A DNA stretch of 38,366 nt, taken from NCBI GenBank assembly GCA_031370785.1, contig JANMQY010000124.1, positions 1 through 38,366 of the forward strand. Direction: 5' to 3'. Below the pieces are notes generated by a model. That model did no database searches, was not told the DNA's origin, and was given only the letters and a program-made list of their open reading frames with translations. Source of the stretch: Candidatus Eiseniibacteriota bacterium (GTDB taxonomy: Bacteria; Eisenbacteria; RBG-16-71-46). Position 1 is the stretch's first letter. The number at the start of each line of letters is the position of its first letter. A program made the position numbers and the translations under genes. Positions 1 through 9,202 of this stretch are shown here, one piece after another.

Positions 1-194
1 CCCAGCACGGCCCGGTGCGCGTCGGCCTGTACGATCTCACGGGCCGAGTGGTACACACGTTCGTGGACAACGTGCTGGACGCCGGGGACTACCGCTTCCA
101 GGTCGATCTCGGCCATCTCAACGCGGGCATCTACTTCCTCAAGCTGTGGACCCCCCAGGCCACGCGCCACGAAAAGCTCGTCCTCATGCGGTGA
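1..194 (+). CDS. 3' end of a secreted protein with a T9SS type A sorting / FlgD Ig-like C-terminal domain (partial)
   Basis: Frame 3 reads QHGPVRVGLYDLTGRVVHTFVDNVLDAGDYRFQVDLGHLNAGIYFLKLWTPQATRHEKLVLMR*. The YDxxGR...L.AGIYFLKL...KLV pattern is typical of this domain. Not in the ORF track because the start lies outside the window. Confidence 0.85.
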   Translation, partial: QHGPVRVGLYDLTGRVVHTFVDNVLDAGDYRFQVDLGHLNAGIYFLKLWTPQATRHEKLVLMR

Positions 195-632
195 GATGGA
201 GCGACCCTGCGTCAAGGCGATAATGGAGAAGGCCAGGCGCTTCGACGACGAGTCACGCTGACATTCGAGGCAAAGCCGCAGGACTGTGATCCGTCGGGAG
301 GGTTCGCCCCCCAGGAAGGTTGGCGCCGCGGGCGGATGCAGCACCGCCCATGTTCACGCGCCATGGCCACGATGGTGCCCGCCTCGCTCATCCGCCGATA
401 GCGCGCACACAACGCTCCTGCGCACGGTCTGCGATTGCAAGCACCCGCGCCGGTTGACCCTCGCGGCGCGCTCGCAAGGTCGCACAGATCGCGGGCCGGT
501 GTCGGTGGTGCCATGCCGTCTCGACCAGCAGGCGTCGCACGTGACGGTTCCCGACTTGGTGATCGAGCCGCAACGTTCACGTTCGCCACTCGAGCTCTCG
601 CTCGGCATCAGCCCCACCGAGGCCAAGCTCAA
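195..632 (-). mobile_element. IS110-family element remnant: frameshifted transposase C-terminal part plus 3' non-coding end
   Basis: Three successive frames give GLMPSESSSGERERCGSITKS / GNRHVRRLLVETAWHHRHRPAICATLRARREGQPARVLAIADRAQER / LCARYRRMSEAG-TIVAMARE, matching the Transposase_20 pattern (GLxP..SSG...GxITKxGN..R.LLVE.AW). The N-terminal DEDD domain is missing. A structured tail and a TTGAC (211-215, minus strand) follow. Confidence 0.85.
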
Positions 633-853
633 CGCCCAGATTGCACAGGAGATCTACACGCTTCCGAATCAAGGCGGGGCTCACGCAGAAGCAGCTCGCG
701 GCGCTGGTGACCGACTCGGTGATTTCGCGCCTCGAAGACGCAGACTATGCCGGGCACTCGCTCAAGATGCTGCAGCGGATCAGCGTGGCCCTCAACCGGC
801 GGCTCGAGATTCACCTCGTGCCGCTGCGCGCGCAGCGCAAGATTCGGGCGTAG
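620..853 (+). pseudogene. XRE/HTH_3 (HigA-like antitoxin) regulator, 5'-truncated and frameshifted
   Basis: AKLNAQIAQEIYTL (frame 1) continues after a shift near 663 as RIKAGLTQKQLAALV-TDSVISRLEDADYAGHSLKMLQRISVALNRRLEIHLVP. There is no start codon and it abuts the IS110 fragment. Confidence 0.75.
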
Positions 854-875
854 CTACCCGCAAAACGGCGCAAGC

Positions 876-2180
876 TCACTTTGAGCCCGCCGCTCGCCCA
901 GCAACGGTCCCCGATGACCACGCCCACTGGAAGTTGAACCCTCCCAGTCTCCCCTCGACATCCAGGATCTCCCCGCACAGGAACACTCCCGGCGCCTTAC
1001 GCGATTCGAGCGTGCTCGGATTCACCTCGGAGAGCGTGACGCCGCCCGCGGTGACCTCGGCCTTCTCGTAGCCGAGCGTACCGGTCACGGGCAGCTCGCG
1101 CTCGAGAAGCTGCGAGAACAGCGCGTCGCGCGTTTCCTTGTTGACCTGAGCGATCGGTCGCCTGGAATCGACGCCGCATTCGCGCGCCAGCTCGTTCGCA
1201 ATGCGTTCGGGCACCCAGGTGCGGAGGTGGGTTCGCACGGTGCGCTGGGAATCGCTCGCCACGTAGTCGAACCAGTCGCGAAACAATTTCTCGGGCGTCC
1301 ATCCGGGCGCGAAGCTCGCGGTGACCTTGCGTTCGCCCTCTCCCTCCGCGCGCAGCCAGTGCCGCGAGAGATCGAGCGCGGCGGGCCCGGAGTATCCGAA
1401 GTGCGTGAACAGGAATGACCCGCGTGTGGTGAAGGTCTTCTTCCCCGCGATGCGCAACGTCAGCTCGAGCGGCAGCGTCACTCCCTGCGCGGACTCGCAC
1501 AGCAGATCGCTCGCGGTGAGCGGAGTGAGCGCGGGGATGGGCGGCACGAGCGTGTGACCGAGCGCGGTCACGAGCGCGTAGCCGGTGCCATCGCTGCCGG
1601 TGCGCGGGAAAGAGAGGCCGCCGCTCGCGAGCACCACGCGATCGGCCTCGACCCAGCGGCCGGGCTCGACATCGGGCAGCGGCCAGCGCGCTTCGCCCTT
1701 CGCCTTCACTTCCGCGCCGAGCGCGGCGCTGTCGTGCACGGCCTGCACTCCGAGCCGCCACTTGTCGCCTTTGCGCCCGAGCCGTACCACGCGCGCGCCC
1801 GACTCGATCGAGACTCCGGCGTTTGTCGCGGCGCCGAGCAACGCGTCGAGCACGGTCTGCGCGTCGTCGGTCACCGGGAAGTACTTACCGGTGTCCTCGA
1901 GCTTGAGCTCGACGCCGATCGCCTTCATCCATTCGAGCGCGGCAGCGGGCGGGAACGCGCGCAGCACGCGTGCGACAAACGGGCGCGAGCCGCCGAAGAA
2001 GTCGCGCTCGCTCACCTCGCGATGGGTCACATTGCAGCGCGTCCCGCCGCTCATCAGGATCTTGAGCCCGACTTTGGGATGTGCGTTGAGCAGCGTCACG
2101 CGCGCTCCGCCCTCGGCGGCGCGGATCGCGGCGGTCAGTCCGGCGGCGCCGGCGCCAACCACGCACACGGACTTGCTCAC
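876..2180 (-). CDS. HI0933/BaiN-family NAD(P)/FAD-dependent oxidoreductase
   Basis: VVGAGAAG, KILMSGGTRCNVT, LASGGLSFPRTGSDGTGY, LFTHFGYSGPA, AEVTAGGV and GGFNFQWAWSSG motifs. GTG start at 2180 with GAGG upstream; the ORF-track extension to 2399 overlaps the neighbouring gene. Confidence 0.93.
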   Translation of the reverse strand: MSKSVCVVGAGAAGLTAAIRAAEGGARVTLLNAHPKVGLKILMSGGTRCNVTHREVSERDFFGGSRPFVARVLRAFPPAAALEWMKAIGVELKLEDTGKYFPVTDDAQTVLDALLGAATNAGVSIESGARVVRLGRKGDKWRLGVQAVHDSAALGAEVKAKGEARWPLPDVEPGRWVEADRVVLASGGLSFPRTGSDGTGYALVTALGHTLVPPIPALTPLTASDLLCESAQGVTLPLELTLRIAGKKTFTTRGSFLFTHFGYSGPAALDLSRHWLRAEGEGERKVTASFAPGWTPEKLFRDWFDYVASDSQRTVRTHLRTWVPERIANELARECGVDSRRPIAQVNKETRDALFSQLLERELPVTGTLGYEKAEVTAGGVTLSEVNPSTLESRKAPGVFLCGEILDVEGRLGGFNFQWAWSSGTVAGRAAGSK

Positions 2181-2187
2181 GCGCGCC

Positions 2188-3036
2188 TCATCCAAGCGAG
2201 AGGCACACGCCCGCGCCGAGCGCAAGCACGAGGCCCCAACGCTGGGGCACGCTCCAGCGCTCGGCCAGCACGGCGCGAGCGAGCAGTACGCTGGTCGCGG
2301 GCGCGAGCGAGACGAGCACCGAGACGACGGCAAGCGTGCCGCGCTGAACCGCGGCGACGTACGCGATGGTGCCGAGCGAATCGAGCGCGCCCGTGGCAAG
2401 CGTGACGGTGCGCACCGCAGCGATCGGGATCGGGGATGTGCGCCGGAATGCGAGCAGTGCGCCGAGCACGGCGAGCGCGGTGCAGCGCGACACGATCAGC
2501 GGCTGAAGGCCTGAGCCGGCCTGGACGCGTCCCATGAACACGAGGAAGAATCCTGCCGCAAGCCCGGCCATGATCGCGGGCACGAGCACGCGACGTCCGG
2601 CGGCGCGCCCTGGCTCGTCGTCGTTCGAGCCGCTCTGCGCGAGCAGCGCGACCGCGATCGGCGCGAGCGCGATGCCGATGAGCGCGATCGGCAGCGGCCT
2701 CTCGCCGAGCGCGAAGCCGACCACGACCGGAAGGCAGAGCGCGACGATGCAGAGCACCGGCGAGGCCACGCTCATCGGCCCGATCGCGAGCGCCCGATAG
2801 ATGAGCGTCGCGCCGAGTGCGCCGCTCGCTCCGGCGGCGAGCCCCCACAGCAGATCGGCGGTATGCGCGGCGCCCGGCGTGAACAGCAGGCCCACGAGCA
2901 GCACCGCGAGCCCGGCTAGCCCCGAGAAGAACGTGACCACCACCGCCGAGGCGCGCTTGGCGGCAAGCCCGCCGAAAAAGTCTGCGGCGCCATAGAGCAC
3001 CGAGCCAAGCGCCGCGATCAGGTAGGCGGGGTTCAC
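2188..3036 (-). CDS. EamA/DMT family transporter
   Basis: About 10 hydrophobic segments; YGAADFFGG, YRALAIGPMSVASP and LAERWS..Q..G motifs. The GTG start overlaps the upstream stop (GTGA). Confidence 0.9.
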   Translation of the reverse strand: MNPAYLIAALGSVLYGAADFFGGLAAKRASAVVVTFFSGLAGLAVLLVGLLFTPGAAHTADLLWGLAAGASGALGATLIYRALAIGPMSVASPVLCIVALCLPVVVGFALGERPLPIALIGIALAPIAVALLAQSGSNDDEPGRAAGRRVLVPAIMAGLAAGFFLVFMGRVQAGSGLQPLIVSRCTALAVLGALLAFRRTSPIPIAAVRTVTLATGALDSLGTIAYVAAVQRGTLAVVSVLVSLAPATSVLLARAVLAERWSVPQRWGLVLALGAGVCLSLG

Positions 3037-4571
3037 GCGCTCGGGTCCAAGCGCCGCCAGGACTCGCCTTCGCGCACGGCGCGGCGCTCGGCTTCGAGCT
3101 TGAGCAGGTGCGCGAGCAGCGATCGCTCGGCGTAGGGCCACAGCTCGCGCGGCGTGTCGGCGTAGGCGCGCGGCACGAGGTCGGCGAGCGACTCCGGCTT
3201 CTCGCTGAGCGCGACGGCGACCTTCGCCTCGCGCTCGCGCCGGTGCGCGATCAAGGCGGCGATCCGCCGCATCGCGCCGCCCTGCGGCGAGCCGTGACCG
3301 GGGAACAGCGTCTCGACCGGCTCCGTCATGAGCCGCTCGAGCGAAAAGAGGTACTCGGCCATGTCGCCGTCAGGCGGATCGATGATCACGGTGCCGGCGC
3401 CGCCCGGAATGAGATCGCCGGTGAACAGCGACTTGGTGCGCGGGTGCAGGTAGCACATGTGGTCGCGCGTGTGCCCGGGAGTGTAGAGCGCGCGCAGCGT
3501 CCAGTCGCCTCGGCCGGGCGTGAGCGGGATCCAGTCGCCATCCTTGAGCGCGAGGTCGAGCTTCACGTGCTTCGAGAGTTCCGCATGCCCCGCGACCTGC
3601 ACGCGGCGGTACGCGAGCACCGCGTTCACGCCACCGGTGTGGTCTTCGTGGTGATGCGTGAGCAGGATCAGCTTGAGCTTGCGTCCGTCCGCTTCGAGCG
3701 CCTCGATTAGCTTCATGAGCGCGTCGATCTCGGCGGGATCGCCGCTGCTGGGATCGATCAGGGCCATCTCGGTCTCGCCGACGAGATAGGCATTGGTGTG
3801 GGTCGCGGGCGGCAGCGGCCGCGTCTTCATCGGATGCAGCACGATGCCCCACTTGAGCTCGATGCGCCGCGTCGGAACTCCGGCGCGCTCGGGCCCCACC
3901 GCGAGGCGGTCGGCGATCTGCTCGAGCGTCTCGCCCTCGCCCTTCGACTCCGCCTGCCCGGTCGCCACCTCGGCGAGCGCGATCATCGCGTAGAGGATCG
4001 GCGCGGCGAAGGTGCGCTCGCCCTGCATCCAGCGCGCGAGCGCATCGTGCGGCCGCACCCACTCGCCGCTCGCCAGCTCGCCGACGCGCACGCTCGCCTC
4101 CTGCCCTTCGGGCACGCGCGCCGCGAAAAACACGGTTTCGAAGCGCTGCGAGGCGAACGGCGGGGTCTGCCAGCGCCCCGCAAAGGCGAGATCGGCTGCG
4201 GCGAAACGCCAGCCGTGCGCGCGGGCCAGCGCGGGGAATGTCGCCTCGCCAACCAGCAGCTTGCGCCGAGCTTCGGCGAGGGTCTTGCGGTCGCTGGCGC
4301 CAGCGCGCGACAGGAGCGCTCCGGCTTCCTCGAACGCCTCGCGAATCGCGCACGCGCGCATCACGCGCTCAGGGCCTTCTTCCGCGCCTTCGACCTCGAG
4401 CTCGAGATCCTCGGGGTTCACCTTGCCGCCGAGGAACGCCTGGAAGCCCGGCATGTAGCTGACCGAGTCGCTGCGCTCGACCCAGAACGTCTCGAGCGCT
4501 TCACCTGCGCCGCGAATCAGGATGACGGCGGCGGATTCCTTGAAGCGCGGCAGCTCGGCAGGCGTCGGCAT
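3033..4571 (-). CDS. NUDIX hydrolase / MBL-fold metallo-hydrolase (LACTB2-like) fusion with C-terminal winged helix
   Basis: Interrupted Nudix box FLGGKV...AIREAFEEAG and WQTPPF..RFET.FF. MBL motifs THHHEDH, PGHTRDH, TGD, PGHG. C-terminal AERSLLAHLLKL. Confidence 0.9.
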   Translation of the reverse strand: MPTPAELPRFKESAAVILIRGAGEALETFWVERSDSVSYMPGFQAFLGGKVNPEDLELEVEGAEEGPERVMRACAIREAFEEAGALLSRAGASDRKTLAEARRKLLVGEATFPALARAHGWRFAAADLAFAGRWQTPPFASQRFETVFFAARVPEGQEASVRVGELASGEWVRPHDALARWMQGERTFAAPILYAMIALAEVATGQAESKGEGETLEQIADRLAVGPERAGVPTRRIELKWGIVLHPMKTRPLPPATHTNAYLVGETEMALIDPSSGDPAEIDALMKLIEALEADGRKLKLILLTHHHEDHTGGVNAVLAYRRVQVAGHAELSKHVKLDLALKDGDWIPLTPGRGDWTLRALYTPGHTRDHMCYLHPRTKSLFTGDLIPGGAGTVIIDPPDGDMAEYLFSLERLMTEPVETLFPGHGSPQGGAMRRIAALIAHRREREAKVAVALSEKPESLADLVPRAYADTPRELWPYAERSLLAHLLKLEAERRAVREGESWRRLDPSA

Positions 4572-4688
4572 GAGGCGCAGACGCTAACATCCGCGCGCGG
4601 GAGAACGCGAGCGGGGCGAGTCACTGCATCAGTCGTAGGCGCGCCAGCGCGAACTCCGGTCGCGGGCGCGCTGCGAACCCGATGAGCG

Positions 4689-4937
4689 CTACTGCTTGTA
4701 GTTCTCGACCACCTGAGGCGGACGCAGCTTCGCCTCGTTGGGATCCTTCCCGGCGTTGCGGAGCGCGCGGCGCTGCCGCAGCAGGTCCCACCACTGGTCG
4801 AGCTCGACCTCGATCTGGGAAATGCGATTGTGATCGGGTGCCGCCGACTTGTTCTCGGCCTCGGCGCGGAGACGATGCTCCTCGGCCACGAGCTCGTGGA
4901 CCTTGTGCAGGATGTCCTGGTCATTCGCGGAGTTCAT
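4689..4937 (-). CDS. DUF2630 family protein
   Basis: ELVAEEH.LR...EVELDQWWDLLRQRRA...G.DP.EA..RP..VVENY.Q signature; AGGAGG SD. Confidence 0.9.
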   Translation of the reverse strand: MNSANDQDILHKVHELVAEEHRLRAEAENKSAAPDHNRISQIEVELDQWWDLLRQRRALRNAGKDPNEAKLRPPQVVENYKQ

Positions 4938-5102
4938 GTGCGTCCTCCTGTCGGCGTGGTGGATGCGGGTGCGAAGGAAATCCGTATCCGTATGATGGCG
5001 GCGCCTTCAAGGCGGTTCAATCCCAGAGTTGAAAGGGGGCGCCAGTGTAGTCCTCAGCGCCACGCGAAGCCCCTGAAGGCGTGCCCTCCACAGCGTTCCA
5101 TG

Positions 5103-5936
5103 TCAATGACCGTGCCCCAGCAATGACCGCAGCAGGAGAACTCCACCGAGCACCGTGATCAGGATGGCACTGACGCGCGGGACATACACGGTCAGCCCAC
5201 GCGAGTCGAACATGCGCGACGCCCACCGGCCCGCCTGGACGAAGACGATCCCGATCGCAATCAGAGTCGCAGCGATCCCGAGGCTCATCGCTCCCACCAC
5301 TGCAATACCCGTCGCAGGCCGCCCGACACTTACCGCGGCGAGTAATGCGGTCAATGCTGCGGGGCAAGGCACGAGACCCCCCGAGGCGCCGACCGCGACC
5401 AGCGCACCCATTCCCAAAGGATCCTTTCCCTCTGGAATGCGGGCCTCATGACTATGGCCGTGATGCTCGTGCCCGTGGGAGTGGCGTTGTTCATGCCCGT
5501 GGGCATGCCCATGCACATGGTTAGTTTCGTGCTCATGCTCGTGTGCGTGGGGGTGGTCGGTCCGGTGCCCAGGACCGTGTTCGTGGACGTGCGCGCGAGC
5601 GGCTGACTTGTGCTTCAAGAGATTGAATGTCGTGAGGACCATCCACAGCCCGACGCCCAGCACCAGTACGCCAGAAACGATCTCGAGCCACCAAATCACC
5701 TCTACGGTCGCGAACCTGCCGGCGAGCGAGAGGGCCCCGAACGCCAGCAGGAAGACGATGAGCGTATGGGTGACAGTAACGACCACGCCGAGCAGGAAGG
5801 CGTGCTGAATCCCTCCTCGCGACGCCACCAGATATGCGCCCATGATCGACTTGCCGTGGCCGGGCTCCAGAGCGTGGAGCGCGCCGATACCGAAAGCGAC
5901 TAGCAGGATCCAGCCGAGACTTGCGTTCCAGTCCAT
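5103..5936 (-). CDS. rcnA: RcnA-like nickel/cobalt efflux transporter (NicO superfamily) with His-rich loop
   Basis: HALEPGHGKS, VTHT and GLVPCPAAL motifs, and a very His-rich central loop. Confidence 0.85.
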   Translation of the reverse strand: MDWNASLGWILLVAFGIGALHALEPGHGKSIMGAYLVASRGGIQHAFLLGVVVTVTHTLIVFLLAFGALSLAGRFATVEVIWWLEIVSGVLVLGVGLWMVLTTFNLLKHKSAARAHVHEHGPGHRTDHPHAHEHEHETNHVHGHAHGHEQRHSHGHEHHGHSHEARIPEGKDPLGMGALVAVGASGGLVPCPAALTALLAAVSVGRPATGIAVVGAMSLGIAATLIAIGIVFVQAGRWASRMFDSRGLTVYVPRVSAILITVLGGVLLLRSLLGHGH

Positions 5937-6079
5937 GACTCTTCCCCTTCAAAGTCAGAGGGCGACTTCTTTCAGCTCTGAGCAGGATCCTCGATCGAGC
6001 GGCGCCTCGGTTCGGAATCCCGGGCTTCTTCGCCCATCGCGAGTCTCGGTGCCAAACCGTCTCGATCACGCTGCATCTT

Positions 6080-6973
6080 CTAGACCACGCTGGCCGGCGC
6101 CTGCCCGCATTCCCGGTCGCCACTCTCGAGTTGGATCGTGGTGTGAGCGATGCCAAATCGCTTGTGGAGTTCGGCGCACACTCGCGCCTGGAGCGCGTCA
6201 TCAATCCGTGCGTCCGGTTTGACGAGATGGACTGTGAGCGCCGTTTCCGTCGTGCTCATGGCCCAGATATGGAGGTCATGAACCGCGGTGATGCCTGGAA
6301 CGCTTCGCAAGTAGGCCTCCACGATGCGGACGTCAACGTCGGCAGGAACCGCATCCATGGCGAGGTTGAAGGACTGGCGGAGGAGGCTCCAGGTTCCCCA
6401 GACTATGACTGCACCGATGGCAAGACTGATTGCCGGATCGAGCCAGAACCATCCGGTCTGCGCTATCGCAAGTCCGCCCAGAACGACGCCAAATGAAACG
6501 GCGGCATCGGCCGCCATGTGGACGAACGCGCTTCGCACATTGATGTCCCGTTTCCTGCCAGCCCAGAAGAGAAGCGCCGTCAGGCCGTTCAAGACCATCC
6601 CGACAGCCGCGACCACCATTACCGTGCCGCCTGACACGGATCCCGGTCGACCGATTCGCTGGACCGCCTCCCATGCGATGCCACCCACAGCAATGAGAAG
6701 CAGGATGGCATTGCCCAGGGCGGCCAGGATGGAAGCGCGCCGCATTCCATAGGTGTGTCGCAGCGTTGGCGCACGGCTGGCCAGTGCCGCGGCGCCCCAT
6801 GAGAGGCCCAGCGCAAGCACATCGCTCAGGTTGTGTCCCGCGTCGGCAAGGAGAGCGAGCGACCGGGCCCTCAATCCGAATACGACTTCCACCGCGATAA
6901 AGACGAGGTTCAGCCCGATGCCGAGCGCAAAGGCGCGCGAGCCAGTACTTGGACCATGGTCATGCGTGTGCAC
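6080..6973 (-). CDS. czcD: Cation diffusion facilitator (CzcD/ZitB-like Zn/Co/Cd exporter)
   Basis: SLALLADAGHNLSD, AFVHMAADA, VHDLHIWAMS and HTTIQLE; HD-HD transport site. Confidence 0.93.
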   Translation of the reverse strand: MHTHDHGPSTGSRAFALGIGLNLVFIAVEVVFGLRARSLALLADAGHNLSDVLALGLSWGAAALASRAPTLRHTYGMRRASILAALGNAILLLIAVGGIAWEAVQRIGRPGSVSGGTVMVVAAVGMVLNGLTALLFWAGRKRDINVRSAFVHMAADAAVSFGVVLGGLAIAQTGWFWLDPAISLAIGAVIVWGTWSLLRQSFNLAMDAVPADVDVRIVEAYLRSVPGITAVHDLHIWAMSTTETALTVHLVKPDARIDDALQARVCAELHKRFGIAHTTIQLESGDRECGQAPASVV

Positions 6974-9179
6974 GTGGTTCTCGGCTCGCGTGATCTGGAT
7001 TCGTCGACCGGGTCTGGAGCAGTCGCAGTGCGTTCAGGATCACGAGCAGCGACGCCCCCATGTCGGCCGCGACCGCGCTCCACAGCGTGGCGCGGCCCGC
7101 GAATGCGAGCGCGACGAAGACGACCTTCACGAGCACTGAGAAGACGATATTCTCGCGAATGATCGCCACCGTTCGCCGGGAATGACGAATCAGCCATGGC
7201 AGCCTGGACAAGTCGTCCGACATCAGGGCGATGTCGGCCGTTTCGATCGCCGCATCGCTTCCAGCCGCTCCCATAGCGATTCCCAGACTTGCGGTGGCCA
7301 TGGCGGGCGCGTCGTTCACGCCGTCCCCGATCATGGCCACGGCGCCATGCTGTTTCACCAGCTCGAGCACCGCTGTGACCTTGTCTTCCGGCAAGAGCTC
7401 GGAGCGCACCTCGTCGAAATGGAGGGCTTTGCTCACCACCTCGGCCGTGCTTCGATTGTCGCCGGTGAGCAGGACCAGCCGCTCGACACCGAGCCGGCGG
7501 AGTTCTTCGAGCACTCCCTGAGTCTCAGCGCGCGGGCGATCGGAAAGGGCGATCACTCCGCAGACATGACGCTCGTTTCCAACGACCACGACTGAGCTGC
7601 CGCAACTGGACATGCGTTCGATGATGTCGTGAACTTCGGGCTCCTCTTGCCCACGTTCCTCGAGATACCTGTGCGAGCCAACCCAGAACTCCTTGCCATC
7701 AATACGACCGGTCGCACCCTTGCCGGGGAGCAGGACAGCCTCGTCGGCGGCCGGCGCGTTGATGCCTTTGTCCGCCGCAAACGCCAGCACGGCGCGCGCC
7801 AAGGGATGGGTGGAGCGACTTTCGAGCGCAACCGCTCGCTCGATCAACTCGTGGTCGGTATGGCCGTTCAGGGGCGCCACGGATGACACCTCCAAACGTC
7901 CCTCGGTGACGGTTCCGGTCTTGTCGAAAGCAATCGCCTTGAGCCGGGCGGGGATTTCGAGAAAGAGCCCCCCCTTGACCAGCACGCCAGCGCGCGCGGC
8001 CGAGGCAAGCGCCGCAACGATGCTGACCGGGGTCGAGATCACGAGCGCGCAGGGGCAGGCGATCACCAGCAGCACCAGCGAGCGGTAGAACCACATGCTC
8101 CAGGAGCCCATCGAGAGCAATGGCGGGATCAGAGCGAACGCGAGCGCGAGCACCATGACTGTCGGTGTGTAGCGGCGCGCAAAACGATCGACCCACTGTT
8201 CCGCACTGCCCCGCTTCGACTGAGCGTCACGCACGAGACGGATGATCTTCGCGAGCGTCGTGTCACTGGCGGGCCGCGTGGTACGAACCTCAAGCGCTCC
8301 ATCGCCGTTGATGGATCCGGCGAATACGTCGGCCCCGGGCTCCTTCAGCACGGGCAAGCTCTCTCCTGTGATCGGGGCCTGATTGATGGCGCTGCTGCCA
8401 GCCTCGACGACACCATCGAGCGGCACGCGCTCCCCGGGACGCAAGATGAAGGTCGCGCCCACTGAGACCGTCTCGATCGGCTGGTCTTCCTCCCCGGTGG
8501 CCAGCTTCACCCTCGCCATGGGCGGGCTCAGGTCGAGGAGTGCTGCGACCGCACGTCGCGCACGGCCGATGCTCCATGCTTCGAGTGACAGCGAGAGAGC
8601 GAACAAGAATGCGACGCTCGACGCCTCGAACCACTCGCCGAGGGCGATCGCCCCAATGATGGCGACCGTCATCAGAAGATTCATGTCAGGCCGGAGCCGC
8701 ACAGCGGAGATCCAGGCCTTGCGGAGGACGAACCGCAGCCCCGAGGCGGTCCCGAGCAGATAGAGAACGATCGGAATGATGGGCACTGCGTGGCTGTGTC
8801 CGAGCCCCTCGCGCCCGAGCGCCTGCAAGGGACCGCCAGCCAAGATGGCGTGGGCCGCAAATCCTGCGGCCGAGAAGGCGCCACTCAGGATCGTGTACAA
8901 GTTGCGCTCGCGCCGGTCGTCGTGTATTTGGAGCCCGCTCGTCGGCCTCGACTCTTGAAAGAGCTCAGCACGCATGCCGGTTCGTGCTACCGCGGCGATG
9001 ACGGCGCCGGCTGGGGTCGCGGCATCCACCACCGTCATCGTCCCACCCAGAATGTCGAAGGACAGGCGCTCCGCTCCACCGACCACAGGTCCGACCTCCC
9101 GGCGGAGCGCAGCCACCTCCTCCACGCAGTCGAGGCCGTGAACCCTGAGTCGCAGCTTTCCTGAATCCTTGGTCATCAT
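6960..9179 (-). CDS. Heavy-metal translocating P1B-type ATPase (CadA/ZntA-like)
   Basis: ITGES, ACPCAL, DKTGT, STHP, TGDN and GDGVNDAP motifs; K in TM7 and D in ADMG; N-terminal HMA-like GLDCVEE. Confidence 0.95.
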   Translation of the reverse strand: MMTKDSGKLRLRVHGLDCVEEVAALRREVGPVVGGAERLSFDILGGTMTVVDAATPAGAVIAAVARTGMRAELFQESRPTSGLQIHDDRRERNLYTILSGAFSAAGFAAHAILAGGPLQALGREGLGHSHAVPIIPIVLYLLGTASGLRFVLRKAWISAVRLRPDMNLLMTVAIIGAIALGEWFEASSVAFLFALSLSLEAWSIGRARRAVAALLDLSPPMARVKLATGEEDQPIETVSVGATFILRPGERVPLDGVVEAGSSAINQAPITGESLPVLKEPGADVFAGSINGDGALEVRTTRPASDTTLAKIIRLVRDAQSKRGSAEQWVDRFARRYTPTVMVLALAFALIPPLLSMGSWSMWFYRSLVLLVIACPCALVISTPVSIVAALASAARAGVLVKGGLFLEIPARLKAIAFDKTGTVTEGRLEVSSVAPLNGHTDHELIERAVALESRSTHPLARAVLAFAADKGINAPAADEAVLLPGKGATGRIDGKEFWVGSHRYLEERGQEEPEVHDIIERMSSCGSSVVVVGNERHVCGVIALSDRPRAETQGVLEELRRLGVERLVLLTGDNRSTAEVVSKALHFDEVRSELLPEDKVTAVLELVKQHGAVAMIGDGVNDAPAMATASLGIAMGAAGSDAAIETADIALMSDDLSRLPWLIRHSRRTVAIIRENIVFSVLVKVVFVALAFAGRATLWSAVAADMGASLLVILNALRLLQTRSTNPDHASREPRAHA

Positions 9180-9202
9180 GCTCTCTACCCCGCAGCTCAG
9201 AC

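Noticed and set aside
4995..5045. GGTTCAATCCC resembling a tRNA T-loop at the left edge of the metal cluster
   Set aside because: No T-stem or cloverleaf, and no matching att repeat seen at the other end; only an imperfect inverted repeat.
5440..5600. Repetitive (GTG/ATG)-rich tract
   Set aside because: It is the His-rich coding loop of the RcnA-like protein, not a DNA repeat array or CRISPR.
5975..6075. CTGAGCAGG...CCGGGC resembling the start of a NiCo riboswitch, next to the rcnA-like gene
   Set aside because: It is on the opposite strand to rcnA, and the 3' conserved part and four-way junction pairing could not be found.
5972..6076. 34-codon ORF (MQRDRDG...PAQS) upstream of rcnA as a possible fourth leader
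   Set aside because: No signal segment, no Cys, no ILRx end and no convincing anti-SD arm after its stop.
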